A stretch of 64,000 nucleotides of DNA from positions 10,179,525-10,243,524 of the forward strand of contig OZ316896.1 in the NCBI GenBank assembly GCA_973895155.1, read 5' to 3'. The stretch comes from Marsupella aquatica (lineage: Eukaryota; Plantae; Marchantiophyta). This document shows, piece after piece, positions 27,766-38,823 of the stretch (position 1 is the first letter of the stretch; every line of letters starts with the position of its first letter). The translations under genes were made by a program, and so were the position numbers. The notes beneath the pieces are model-generated. The model had not been told where the DNA came from. It worked only from the letters and a program-made list of their open reading frames with translations, and made no database searches.

Positions 27766-28035
27766 TAGGGTGTCTCAAACCTTGAACTTAGCAGGAAAAA
27801 AACCATGACTGAAACCACGAGTGTTTGAACTTAGCAGGAAAAAAAAGATGATTGAAACCATGAGTTTTGGTCACGGGTTAGGAGTCTGCGGACACACATT
27901 TTTGTGTCCGCCACTTTTTGTCCGCATTTTTGTGTCCGCCACTTTTTGTCCGCATTTTTGTGTCCGCCACTTTTTATCTCATGAGTTTGCCATTGACCGT
28001 GACCCGAGGCAGAAAGACAGATTTGAGATGCCCTA
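27766..28035. mobile_element. MITE with TAGGGTGTCTCAAA TIR and internal tandem repeats, about 800 bp upstream of the DUF3455 gene start
   Basis: tagggtgtctcaaa ... tttgagatgcccta termini. Internal ttttgtgtccgccactttt units (about 27897-27975) and a duplicated ttgaacttagcaggaaaaaaa. No TSD seen. Confidence 0.55.
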
Positions 28036-29578
28036 ATGAAGGTTGGCAGGATGGTGAGGGATGGTGAGGATAAATGGTTGAGGGCATTCTGAGCCAGTTT
28101 TGGAGCTCCAAGCTAATAGTTTAAATTGATGGTCTGTCAAGACCCTGCCAGGCAGCACCAGCCTCATCATTAACTTGCCGGCTGTCCTGCCCTGATCAGG
28201 TGACTCTCGCTGGGGATGACATTTCTGTGATATTCCATGAATCTCAAAAAAGGTTGTCAAAACTTAGTATTTACTCGAGTTAAGTCAGAGCCTTTGTACA
28301 ATACCATACAACCATAATTATGATCATTATCAATTGTGGGATAACATTTAAATGTAGTAAACATTGGACTTTCATGATATACATCATCATTAGTCCAATG
28401 TCCATGCTTTGCACAAAAAATGTCAAGGTGAGAAAAGATATTGAGGTGAGAAAAAGATCTCAAGGTGATAAAAGAAATAGAGGAGAGCAAAAGATCCTAA
28501 ATCATCCCCCTTTCTCCCATTCTTCTATTCTCCCCACTTTTTTTAACATGTCTTGATTTAATAACTTTTCCCTTTTATTATGTTTTCCTTTTATCTTCTC
28601 CCTCCCTTTTTTTTCTAAACCCGGCCATTTCCTCTCCAATCTAGGATCATCTCTCATGTCTCCATGATGGAGTGTCATAGTTTTAATCTGTGAACATAAG
28701 TATCACTTGTACATTCTAGTACAACCTATAATCATAGTACCTTCAAGTACATTTGTCCTATTTGAAGGTGTAGCTAAGTATTGTCTTTGTACATGTACTC
28801 TGAACAGGGATACATGAGCCTCTACCATACCAATTAGTGTGGGATAGGAGAGGCAATGTGATAGTATTGCTTGCATCCAAAGGTGATTAAAAGTAATCTT
28901 TCAAGTGGACAATCAGGATAGGATATCGCCTTTTTAAAAAATTTGTAAGCAGACAAAACCCAATAATGGCAGGTTAGCATATTATAGAGTTAGATTAGAG
29001 AGCTGTAGATTGCTCCTTGGATGGAGAATGTAAATGTCATGATTGTGCAAACTGTAATTGGTGATTTGTTTCTGTGGGACTCTAGTGTTTGAAATACCCA
29101 GATTTATCCTTGGATGGAAGAGAACAACATGTTATGTGCTTACCAGGAATAATAGCTAGCAAAGTACCAAGACATTAACAACATTTTGTGACTAAATCCA
29201 CCAAAAACCTACATGCCAACCGTTTAGTTGAAAGGAATGTTTAAAACAGCCCGGTTGCACTGTTTCTTTGTCAAATGTTGCTGTGCATCCGGGCTTCCTT
29301 TTCTAAGAACGCCCCCCACTAGGTTTTAGCATAATTCTAAAGACAAATACCAGTGCATATGCACAGAAAAGGGCACCCCTTATACAGACTCCCCATGGGG
29401 GGATAGTGGGCATAAATACACTTTGATGGATTGTGGAGGGGCTGTGGTTCAAGATGCTTGTTACAGCTGCTGCAAATGATAGGGAGTAGGCAGACCAAGG
29501 TCCAGTGTAACAGCCAGTTAGCTACCAACCAGAAGCCAGGTCTTTCTCTAATTTTAACAATTATAAAAATACAATTTT

Positions 29579-29950
29579 GCACCTGCTCCATAAGTGCAGG
29601 CCTTTCAGAGCCCTAAGGGATTGTACTTATGAAGGGACTATTGTAGATTTATTGTGCAAATATAGATGGCATCATAATAGCAAACAATAGTATATTTTCA
29701 CCCAGCCAATCCCGCCAATAGTTGGGACTAACATTGTAGATTTGTTCTGCCAATAGTTGGGATTAAACATTGTAGAGTACCAATCTGCACCTACTCCATA
29801 AGTGCAAGTCTTTCAAAGCACTAAGGGATTGTAATTACGAAGGGACCATTGTAGTTCTGTTGTCCAAACAGTTGACATCATAATAACAAAAGTACACTTA
29901 TCACCCAACCAGCCCTGATTGAACTTGTAAATTTGTTGTGCAAATAGTTG
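29579..29950. repeat. Diverged tandem duplication, period about 208 bp
   Basis: gcacctRctccataagtgcaRg..ctaagggattgta..gaagggac.attgtag at about 29579 and 29787. Confidence 0.75.
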
Positions 29951-30005
29951 GTAGTCTGTTTACTTTTTCTAACTTTTTGGGGTTTGCATTTGCCCTCTCC
30001 TTTTG

Positions 30006-30137
30006 CATTGCAGTTATTCCTACGTTCTACTTTGTTTGGCCCTTTATACTAACTTTGTCCTTTTTCTCCTCATTGCAGTTATTCCTACGTTCTACTTTGT
30101 TTGGCCCTTTATACTAACTTTGTCCTTTTTCTCCTCA
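30006..30137. repeat. Near-perfect tandem duplication of 65 bp
   Basis: cattgcagttattcctacgttctactttgtttggcccttttatactaactttgtcc... starts at 30006 and 30071. Confidence 0.9.
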
Positions 30138-32363
30138 AGCAATTGGGACTAAAAACTTTCACTATCAGCCTGCCACTGCCTTCCACATAATATAGTGCAC
30201 TACTATCACTTAGAAGTATAATGGAGATAGCGTTTGCAAAGGCAGACCTTATCCATCCATGAGGACATAAGTTATAGCTAAAGTTTTAGGAATTTTACTT
30301 TATTGACAGTGTCCTATTTGAACAATTGGGTCCCACCATGACTTGGCTCATCGAAACACTGGTGGCTGCCAAGTGGCACAATTTCTCAAACATTCTTATT
30401 AAATCTCATCATGTGGACCAGCAATCCGATCAACACACCTGGTAAAATATGTTTGGATGGATTCTGGTACGGAAGAAAAAGCCTTGGCCATTATTTTGTC
30501 CACTTTTTCTTTCTGTGCTTACAATAGGACTTGGTCTTCATTGTTGGGGAATGTTAAATCCACCCCAGACATTCCCTCAATTCACCCCAATTTAATAAAT
30601 CCACCTAAAACTGACCTACCGGAGCTGCTTTAACTCTTCCCATTTCCAAAAGTTTTGATGTAAAATTTTACTTTCAATGTCTCCCTTGATGCAGCTAAAT
30701 AGGCTGTTCTTGGTTTCATTAAAAGAGTCTTGGAAGATCTTTCTGAAGATTCTAACAACTTTCATTATGAGTCGAGGTAGCTATGAAGTTTCAAAGATTA
30801 CCGCATCACTTGCTTTACATTCTTCCCACATCCAAAATGTTTTGAATGAGCGACTTTATTCTCCCTAGATATGCGAGTCGGCTGTCTTGGGTTTGTTAGA
30901 AGGGACTTGGAAAGATATTATCAATGAGTCTAATATCGCCTGCATTCATTGAGAATTCAAAGAGCAATGGATTTCCACCATCTCCAGTGTAATCCACCTT
31001 AAGTTTCCCCAGCCGTCCCGCCTTTCACAATTACCAATAACTGCCAGCAATGGTTTGGACCATGAGAAGAGCTGAAGCTTCGAGTACGTGAAGTTGCCAG
31101 ATCAGCTGCAGAGATGTTTGATTGAAATTAAGAGGGCCAATTGCAGACATCCATCAATCTTGGTGGACTTTGTCATTATAGCTTATGCAGTGCAGGCCTG
31201 CTGATCTTGGGAGGGAAAAATGCTGGACAGGGTGCACACACTGAGGAACATTGGGGGTTCAATAAATGGGGGTGCGGGGTGGTCCCACTACATATGTTTC
31301 TGGCAGGGCCGGGTAGCAGACTGGTGGGAGTGCTCAAGATTAGAACAATAATTTTGCACTGGTGGCCTTCAGTAGGCCTGGTGCCGGTAAAACTGATGAA
31401 TATCCAAGTCAGCCGACCTTGCTGCGTTGCATTGGAACAATCCATCTCAGCTCTGCATCAGGATATCATATTCAGTTAAGGGCAGAACAAGGATGGTGTT
31501 CTTCAATTCCTCTAGGTTTTCAGTTTAGGGAAAGAGGGAGACAATGACTTTTGTTGCAATTTTTTTGTTGCAATGGCATGCATTGATGCAATTTGGCAGG
31601 GCAGGGACATTCTTTTTGGTGCCCTGAATGGGCCCTGCCAACCAGGCCAAATTGCCAGCCCCCATTCTTGTTTTGCCCCTAAACTGAAAATAATATCCTA
31701 TTACACAGCTGAAGCTCTCAAAGAATTATCATCAGGCACCAGTGCAAGGGAACATAGTAGTTGCCAGCCCAAACACTTGCAGTCTGCTTTCACATCGTCA
31801 AAATCCTTGACTCTCCTAAGACCGTTTCCAATGTAAATACCAGTTACGACAATATCATTTCTTTAGTTTACTGTAGTGCCATCCCCAGTCTGCACCACAA
31901 ATAATTAATCACTAGAATTTTAGACCTGGGTGCCAGTTGTTTTTAGTGTTGGTGAAAGCTCAATATAATTTTTGGATATAATGGTAAAGAACATTGATCT
32001 CTTGATCTTAGAATCTTGATGGAAACACTGGCTTCTTCCGTGTATCTAGATTATATTTAAAGCACAAGAAGAAGTAAATAACATGTTGGTCGTGCGTTCT
32101 TCCTTGGAATAAAACACAATTACTATTTTGCACGGATCCTACTCAAACCCCTGGATTGCACTGCGTTATTCTAAGCAGCAATCATGGTCAAATGAAACTC
32201 TGCCCCAACTCTTATTGGATAAATTTACTTGCACTAGAAATCAGCTTCACGCCAGCAAACATTACAATCTTGAAAACCCAACAAGAAGGTTTTAAAAGCT
32301 CATCAGAATTTATAATTCAGGGAAAAATAAAGTACAATGAAAGGAAAGAAAAAGAGTTTCAAA

Positions 32364-34001
32364 GATGACACCCACATCCTTGGTCCTCCTACCGCGGTTA
32401 CTTCTGCCCTCGCCACTCTTTCCACCCATTTGATGGGCCTCGGTTTACGGGTTCAGCCTGTGAAGAGTCGTGCATGGAGTCCAGCTGGGTTACCCTCTGA
32501 TCTTGCGCTTCCTCCAGGGTTCTTACGTCCAGCCGATGGTCTTCGGGTCCTTGGCTCTCCAGTCGGTACCGCCTCCTTTTGCTCATCTTTCATCGCTGAC
32601 GCTCTACAGGCCGCCTTAGCCCCTACTCCTATGCTCCCTAAGTTCGCAGATTCTCAGGCAGCATTTGGGATGTTGTTTTGGTGCATCCACCCTCGTGCGT
32701 CTTATCTGGCTCGGACGCATCCCCCTACCGAGGATCTTTGTCTCTACCTTCAAGCATTTGATGTCTCCATTCGTGAGACTCTGGCCTCTCTTTTAGGGCC
32801 GGGTACGTTGCTCTCATCTCCGTGGCTTCATCGACAACTTGGTCTTCCTATTTCGCAGGGTGGTTTTGGTCTTACTTCCATTGAGAGCCTTGCACCTTTG
32901 GCCTTTTTGGGTGCGTGGGCGGCCGCCTTCTCATTGTTGGCCGATCGTTTCCTTACTGAGGATCGCCCTTTTTTACTTTCATCTCTCATGGAGGTAGAGG
33001 AGGGTTCCCTCCCGTTTCAGGTTCATTTGCGCGCGGCGCGGTCATCATTACCAGATCCCGTTCGCGCTGCGTTACCTTCTTTTCAGGAGTTTTTATCCTT
33101 GGATCCCGTCCGTCTTCAGGCAGACCTCGCTGGGCGTATGCACGCTTTCACCCTTTCCAGCATCCTCTCCGAGGCACCTGACACAGACCGAGCTCGGATT
33201 CTTTCTTCCGGAGGGAAGGGCGTAGGAGGATGGCTTCAGGCCAATCCAGTCATTCCTCATTTGCGGATGTCTTCAGCGGAGGTCTCCACAGCCATGCGTC
33301 TTCGTATGGGGTTGCCCCACCCACTTCTTGCAGGTTTACCTCCTTCTTGCACTTGTGGGAAGCCTTGTGATGCCACAGGTGTCCATCTTCTTTGGTGCAG
33401 TTTGGGAGGTGAAACCATTACTGTTCACGACGCGGTGCGCGATGCGACTGCTCAGGTTCTCTCTGGCTCTTTGGTATGCGTGCGGCGGGAGGTGGTACTC
33501 GAGTTACCTGGTCCTCCATCCCAGCGGTTACGGGTGGATCTTACTATGGTCCGTGAGGGTCAACATACTTTGGCAGATGTAGTGGTGGCAAACCCATTGC
33601 GCCAAGACATCCTTGGGACAGCGGCAACAACGGCAGGGGCAGCAGCGTCACGTGCGGCAACAACGAAGGAGGCCAAATATGCTGCACGAGCTTCATCCGA
33701 TAGCTTCCTCCCCCTTGCTCTGGAGCTCTTCGAGCGTCTTCATCCTCAGTTTGATGGGCTTCTTCGGCAAGCTGCCAGGGATGTTCATGGCCGAATGGGT
33801 CCCACCGGACCCCCGCTATCTGTTTCGACCACGCACTTTCGCCAACGCATTTCAGTCACCTTACAGCGTGCTCAAGCTCGGGCCATCTATCGTCGATCTC
33901 TTACAGTGGGTGCTAGTGTGCCTCCGCAGCGGCTAGCTCCCCTAGAGGATGTTCCAATCCCACTTGCCGATCTAGTTTTGACCCTTGATGTGGACCATTA
34001 G
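32364..34001 (+). CDS. Partial retrotransposon ORF: RT C-terminal half/thumb, CCHC knuckle and restriction-like endonuclease
   Basis: Begins at the RT ..DD (DDTHILG). Motifs: G..VLGSPVG, LPISQGGFGL, CTC..CD..GVHLLWC, HDAVRD, RVD..LADVVV..P, KEAKY, FLPLALE, RQRISVTLQRAQA. The upstream MKGKKKSFK in the ORF track is flanking DNA. Confidence 0.85.
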   Translation, partial: DDTHILGPPTAVTSALATLSTHLMGLGLRVQPVKSRAWSPAGLPSDLALPPGFLRPADGLRVLGSPVGTASFCSSFIADALQAALAPTPMLPKFADSQAAFGMLFWCIHPRASYLARTHPPTEDLCLYLQAFDVSIRETLASLLGPGTLLSSPWLHRQLGLPISQGGFGLTSIESLAPLAFLGAWAAAFSLLADRFLTEDRPFLLSSLMEVEEGSLPFQVHLRAARSSLPDPVRAALPSFQEFLSLDPVRLQADLAGRMHAFTLSSILSEAPDTDRARILSSGGKGVGGWLQANPVIPHLRMSSAEVSTAMRLRMGLPHPLLAGLPPSCTCGKPCDATGVHLLWCSLGGETITVHDAVRDATAQVLSGSLVCVRREVVLELPGPPSQRLRVDLTMVREGQHTLADVVVANPLRQDILGTAATTAGAAASRAATTKEAKYAARASSDSFLPLALELFERLHPQFDGLLRQAARDVHGRMGPTGPPLSVSTTHFRQRISVTLQRAQARAIYRRSLTVGASVPPQRLAPLEDVPIPLADLVLTLDVDH

Positions 34002-34244
34002 CTTTTTGTCACATTTGCTACGAATGATGTGGACCTCGGTCCGGTTGGGTTAGTTTTAGTCCCTCTTTCTTGGTTTTTAGGGTTCCCTATTGCTCATTTC
34101 TTACTTTTAGTTCCTCTTTTTCGGTGTTTTGAGGTTCCCTTTTGTTCACTTCTTTTAGGTTTGGTTTTGTCCACTTGGACCCTCTTTTGTTTGTTCTTGT
34201 GTAAAGTGTTTGGTCCGTTTCTATAAAAAGTGTGTGTATATTAC
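32366..34244 (+). mobile_element. 5'-truncated CRE-type (RLE-encoding) non-LTR retrotransposon, young insertion
   Basis: Flanked by the 8-bp direct repeat TTCAAAGA (32358-32365, 34245-34252). Contains an uninterrupted ORF to 34001 and a T-rich 3' UTR. Confidence 0.88.
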
Positions 34245-35529
34245 TTCAAAGAGGATAAACAACTAACAAGAAAAAAGACAAGCAAATGTAAACCTAAAAA
34301 TTGACGAATAAAACGAGAAAAATATAAAGTCAAAAATTGCATATTGACTTCCATGAACCAAAAAATCCCATGCCTCAGAATCGGATAGCATCAAAGTCAA
34401 TGGGTTGGATACTACTTTTTGCAATTTAGTTACTGGGTTGGTCGGTCAACACCCAATTATACTGAGGCTTTCCACTCTGGTTTGGAGCATGATGCTCTTT
34501 GATTTCTACTGGGGAGTAAAATCACATAACAAAGGTTTGGGCTGACTTTCATTTGACCATGACCCTACTTCCAATAAATCAGACTATCCTGTTAGCCAGC
34601 GCTTTTTACCTTGACATCCTTAGCCCATAAAGCCTGGCATTTTTTCCAAGTTTCAGTAAGGCTACCTCAAATTTCCTCCCTGGGAGTGAAATCGTGATAG
34701 TCCCTTGTACGATACAGTAGTGCCATCCAGGTTTGCACATGACTTGCATAAATCTTAAAATAAGTTTTATTCCAGTAAACAATGCATGCAAAGAAAAATA
34801 TTATTCTCATGACTCAGTATTTTTGAAAATTCAGTGATCAGACTACCTAAATTTTACCTCGCAAAATTGTTGGGATATTTTGCAAGATCTTAAAATTGTT
34901 TTGTCTCACGTTCAAATTATTTATTGTTTGCAGGAATTGGGATGGCACTACCGTGAAATAAAAACGGTAAACCAAAAAAGTTTGGTTAGTGCACGAACTT
35001 GGAACACTTTAAAAAACCAGGAAAAACGTTGCATATGTCTCAAAAGTAAGGTATGCATCGTATATATTTTATTATGTCATCCTAGTCTTCCGCTTTTGGG
35101 TGTTTTTTCCATGTAGGCACAGACCCCATTAGTTTAAATCTAACTAAGGGCAGATCTCATTAGTTTTCAATCAGGGCAATCCTTAAATATAGGGAGATAT
35201 CTTTTGGGCCATTAATCTAGGATAATCTCTTTTGGGCCAGTTTCTCACCTAGCCACAGACCCTGGCCATTAGTTAAATGCAGAGGCGATCCTTAAAACTT
35301 AAATCTAGGGAGATCTCAAGGTTAGCAAATATTTCAGGAAAATAAAATACAGAGTATTCCTAGCATCTTCTCTTTCCACACTAAGATATATTCTAGTATA
35401 TGTCATGCTTGTCTTGAAAAACAAACACCGAGATTTTTACAGGCTAAAAAGGCAGGTACCCGTATCACAGAAAACCAACACGGACATTCTAACCAGGCCC
35501 TCCTACACAAGCTCATACATCTTCAGCTG

Positions 35530-35786
35530 AGGACTTGACCAGGCCCTTTGGACTCACATTGGGCCATCAGAAATCCATAAACACAGTCACTCCGCAACAA
35601 CTGTCACCGGGTCAGCCTCTGCTACACAGGGTGCCCTCAGAAAATAACGTTCTGTGGGTTTTGTGGCACCTTGAGTCAGGTAATGGTGCGGCCCTCTGTA
35701 AGTGCATACTCAATGACTATTTCTGTGGAGTTACTGCATTTTATGAGTTTTTGATGCACACCCTGGGAAGGGCTTGGTCAAGTCCT
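35530..35786. repeat. Long imperfect inverted repeat (foldback/MITE-like), arms about 100 bp
   Basis: aggacttgaccaggcccttt..catcagaaatccataaacacagtcactcc pairs with ggagttactgcattttatgagtttttgatg..aagggcttggtcaagtcct. Confidence 0.65.
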
Positions 35787-37219
35787 GAATATAGCAGGCT
35801 CATCCTGGAACATGCTTGAGTTTTTGTCTCCGTGGTCCGTCATGTCCTGAATTGGTCTCCGTGGTCAGTCATGTCCTGAAGATGCAAGAGGGTCCTGCTT
35901 AAGTCCTTCTCTGACCATATGGTTCCCACGATAGCTTCTAGGGTCATTTTTGGGCCCCCAACACTTTGTTCATGCAACTATGATCATCTACTGTCAAAAC
36001 TCTACCTCATAAGAATGGTGAGCTGGGAAAATAGAAAAACATGATAGCAGTTTCTGCAACACTTTTAAGAGGCCAAATGACACAGAAAATGGCGTTAGAT
36101 ATGCTGAAATAGACAGCAAAGTCCAGGTGTAAACAGCATACGGGAAAAAGCAGGCGGAGAAAACTTTTGGCTGGGGAAAAATTAAATGGCCATCTGTGAA
36201 TTTCTCGAAGCAAGTAAAACTAACCTTTTGCCATTCAAAATCATGAACTAAGTTTCCAGTAGGTGAAAAAGAAAATTATGTTACACAGTAAGGCCAAACT
36301 AAGTACAATGAAGAGCAAACTAGGTACAAAAGTGGAGAGTTAGCACACCTTTTTTGGAACGAAGGGAACCCTACTGAGTTAGCAGACTAGCTAGTGTAAC
36401 CTGGAAAGCTATCGTCAGACTTACTCATCACACTTTAACTGGGTTTTCCATAACCTTACACAAGCTACATATGAACTTATGAAGGGTAGGCCCCGACTTT
36501 TAATGTTGCAGAGCCAACCCACAGTTGCCACATTAGCCATTTTATAGTAAGTGCTGGCTACACCGTACTGGAGGATCTCTGTGACCAAAGAGGTTTAGTC
36601 AAAATAGACCCAACAAATGGAATGTACTTTTTCATATGCCACATTAGATTATTTTCAGTCCCACACTCCCACAACTTCACTTCCCCCCCCCCCCCCCCCC
36701 CAACAAACCGGAAAAGGGCCTGAACCCCCACAAACCACCCAGGGGACAAAAGCCACCCCAAGGGGCACGACTTCACTTTGTTCAGCCACTAAAGTCAATT
36801 ATGTATACTATACATACACTATGTGGTCTGAGTGCCTCTTCTTTGAACATAAATAGAGGCCAGAATCAAAAAATACTTTGTGAAAAATAGATTCCCGAGT
36901 TCTTGGTTGACATTCAAGCCTCTTGCCCGTTTATTTTCATAGTCCACGCTCAAAATTTTCCCAATAACTGGCCCCAGTAATCCTCATTCTTTTGCCTGCA
37001 CCCGGACAGTCACTTATGCCCCAGGGTCACACCTAGAAGCTTCACTCTAGACCATAGGCCTTGCATTTTTTTTTGGTTTATTTTTTTTGTCTTGAAAGCC
37101 TATTCAAAGAAGACCCATCTAACTACAGGAGCATACAATCTTTTGTAGGGTAGCCACAAGGGATTATACACATGGATCCATAAGGGACCGGATAGGAGGG
37201 CCAGCCAGTGGCTCATGAG

Positions 37220-37223
<4 letters not shown>

Positions 37224-37253
<30 letters not shown>

Positions 37254-37282
37254 ATGGGATTGAACCTGGGACCCCTTGGTTC
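37224..37282 (-). repeat. (CA)n microsatellite abutting a tRNA B-box-like sequence; possible SINE remnant
   Basis: About 14 AC units. The adjacent reverse complement reads aggggtcccaggttcaatcccatgg(tg)n. Confidence 0.45.
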
Positions 37283-37493
37283 TCAGCTATTGCAAGTAAC
37301 TTTTGTTCATTTTCTATTATTTACTACTATATATAGGTAGAGATATGGAGGTATATCTGAAGAGCAAACTCCCATGCTTATGGACCTTGCATTATGGGGG
37401 GATGAACTTCATTGCCATACCCAAACCCACATAAGTAATTCTATATTGTTTGTGAATCTGAGTAGGTACACCTTATCTTGATTTGAGTACAAT

Positions 37494-37936
37494 AGGGCGT
37501 CTCAAAGCTGGGTCATGGTGAAAGTTACGGATTTGTGGTATATCCCATAACTCCGGTTATGGGATCCAGTTATAGAATTTTAAAATTTGGGGGAGATAGC
37601 ATTGACCGCCCCATAAGGCATGAGTTATGACCTCACCTGTCTCATAACCTATATTCTTTACCTCCATTCTTGATCAGCCGCCACCTCAAATGCAGCAGTC
37701 ATATATCACCCTGCAAGACGCAAAGCCTATGTGCCTTCGGTTGCGTTGATGCAGTTCCAAAGTACCCAATTTGTGGATTTGCACCTAAAGTTGTCGAAAA
37801 ATGATAGTTTGTGTTGAGCCCATTGACTTTCCTTACTGTAGCCGAAGATCGGCTACCATAACTTTTACGGGAATTCCCATAATATTGGAGTTATGGGAGG
37901 GCCTTATCTTGTTAAGGCCAGGGTTTGAGACGCCCT
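37494..37936. mobile_element. MITE with AGGGCGTCTCAAA TIR (hAT-like group)
   Basis: Perfect 13-bp TIR agggcgtctcaaa / tttgagacgccct with internal cataac/gttatg subterminal motifs. No TSD seen. Confidence 0.6.
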
Positions 37937-38479
37937 CTTAGTGGTATGGCAAGTTGACTGTGCATTTACCTACAGTTGTACACAATACACTACGGTCCAG
38001 TAGGTTGCTTGTTCCAAACTTCAAGAAAGGTACTTATTTAAATCTGTTCTTTGATTTGTAGCCCAAATATCCATGCCTATGCATAGGAAGTGCTCACCCT
38101 ACCCAGACTCTAGGTCCCTATTCAAAAAACATACTAGGCTAGATATTACCATTTTCTGTTAGGAGAGATATTATACCCTATAGTTTGCTTTATGGGGTAG
38201 CTCCCAAACTAGATCACAAAATTCTAGGATAAATGAGAAACTAAAATGGGGGCTGATGAGTCACGGCTACTGTATCCAGTCAGCATGTTCCATGAGAATA
38301 ACAATAATAAAGAGAACAAAGTGGAGATCGGTTGGGAGGAGAGTAGCCAGCCCTAAGGACTGACCTGGGACTTCAAGAGGACCCCACCTCTCAATAGCAA
38401 AGTATATTTTTACCCTGATTTTTAGACGTTTTAGAAAGTGAAAATGCAACCTTTATGGTAAGTTAAACCTGGATTTGAG

Positions 38480-38823
38480 TATTAGACAATTACTCTTAAG
38501 TTTAGAGTTATGGCTCTGGCCACAGTTGGGCTCACCGTAGTCACTAACTTGGTTAGGTTAGTTGTGTTGCGTCCTATGTACGCACAATAAAGCAAGTGTT
38601 TGCTTGTGAGGGGAACTCAGGCTCATTGTTATGGAGTCAGTTGCTAGACTGCTTGTGCTGTGGAGACTTGGTATAGCCGACAGGCCTAAAATGTACCAAA
38701 GTTGTGTGTTCCCACAAAAATAATTTCATTGGAGGTGAACCATGTGTGTGTTTCTGATGACTACTTCAGTTGATTGTTGGATGGTCGTGTGCATGTGGTT
38801 GCGAGTTGTGTCTTTGCTCAACA
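38480..38823 (+). mobile_element. Copia solo LTR
   Basis: Homologous to the LTR at 54251-54604 (gggaactcaggctcattgttatggag; ggagacttggtat). Ends ctcaaca with a perfect 5-bp TSD TTGAG; the 5' TG is mutated to TA. Confidence 0.85.

Noticed and set aside
32337-32363. MKGKKKSFK as the native retrotransposon N-terminus
   Set aside because: It lies upstream of or within the TSD, so it is flanking DNA that is in frame by chance.
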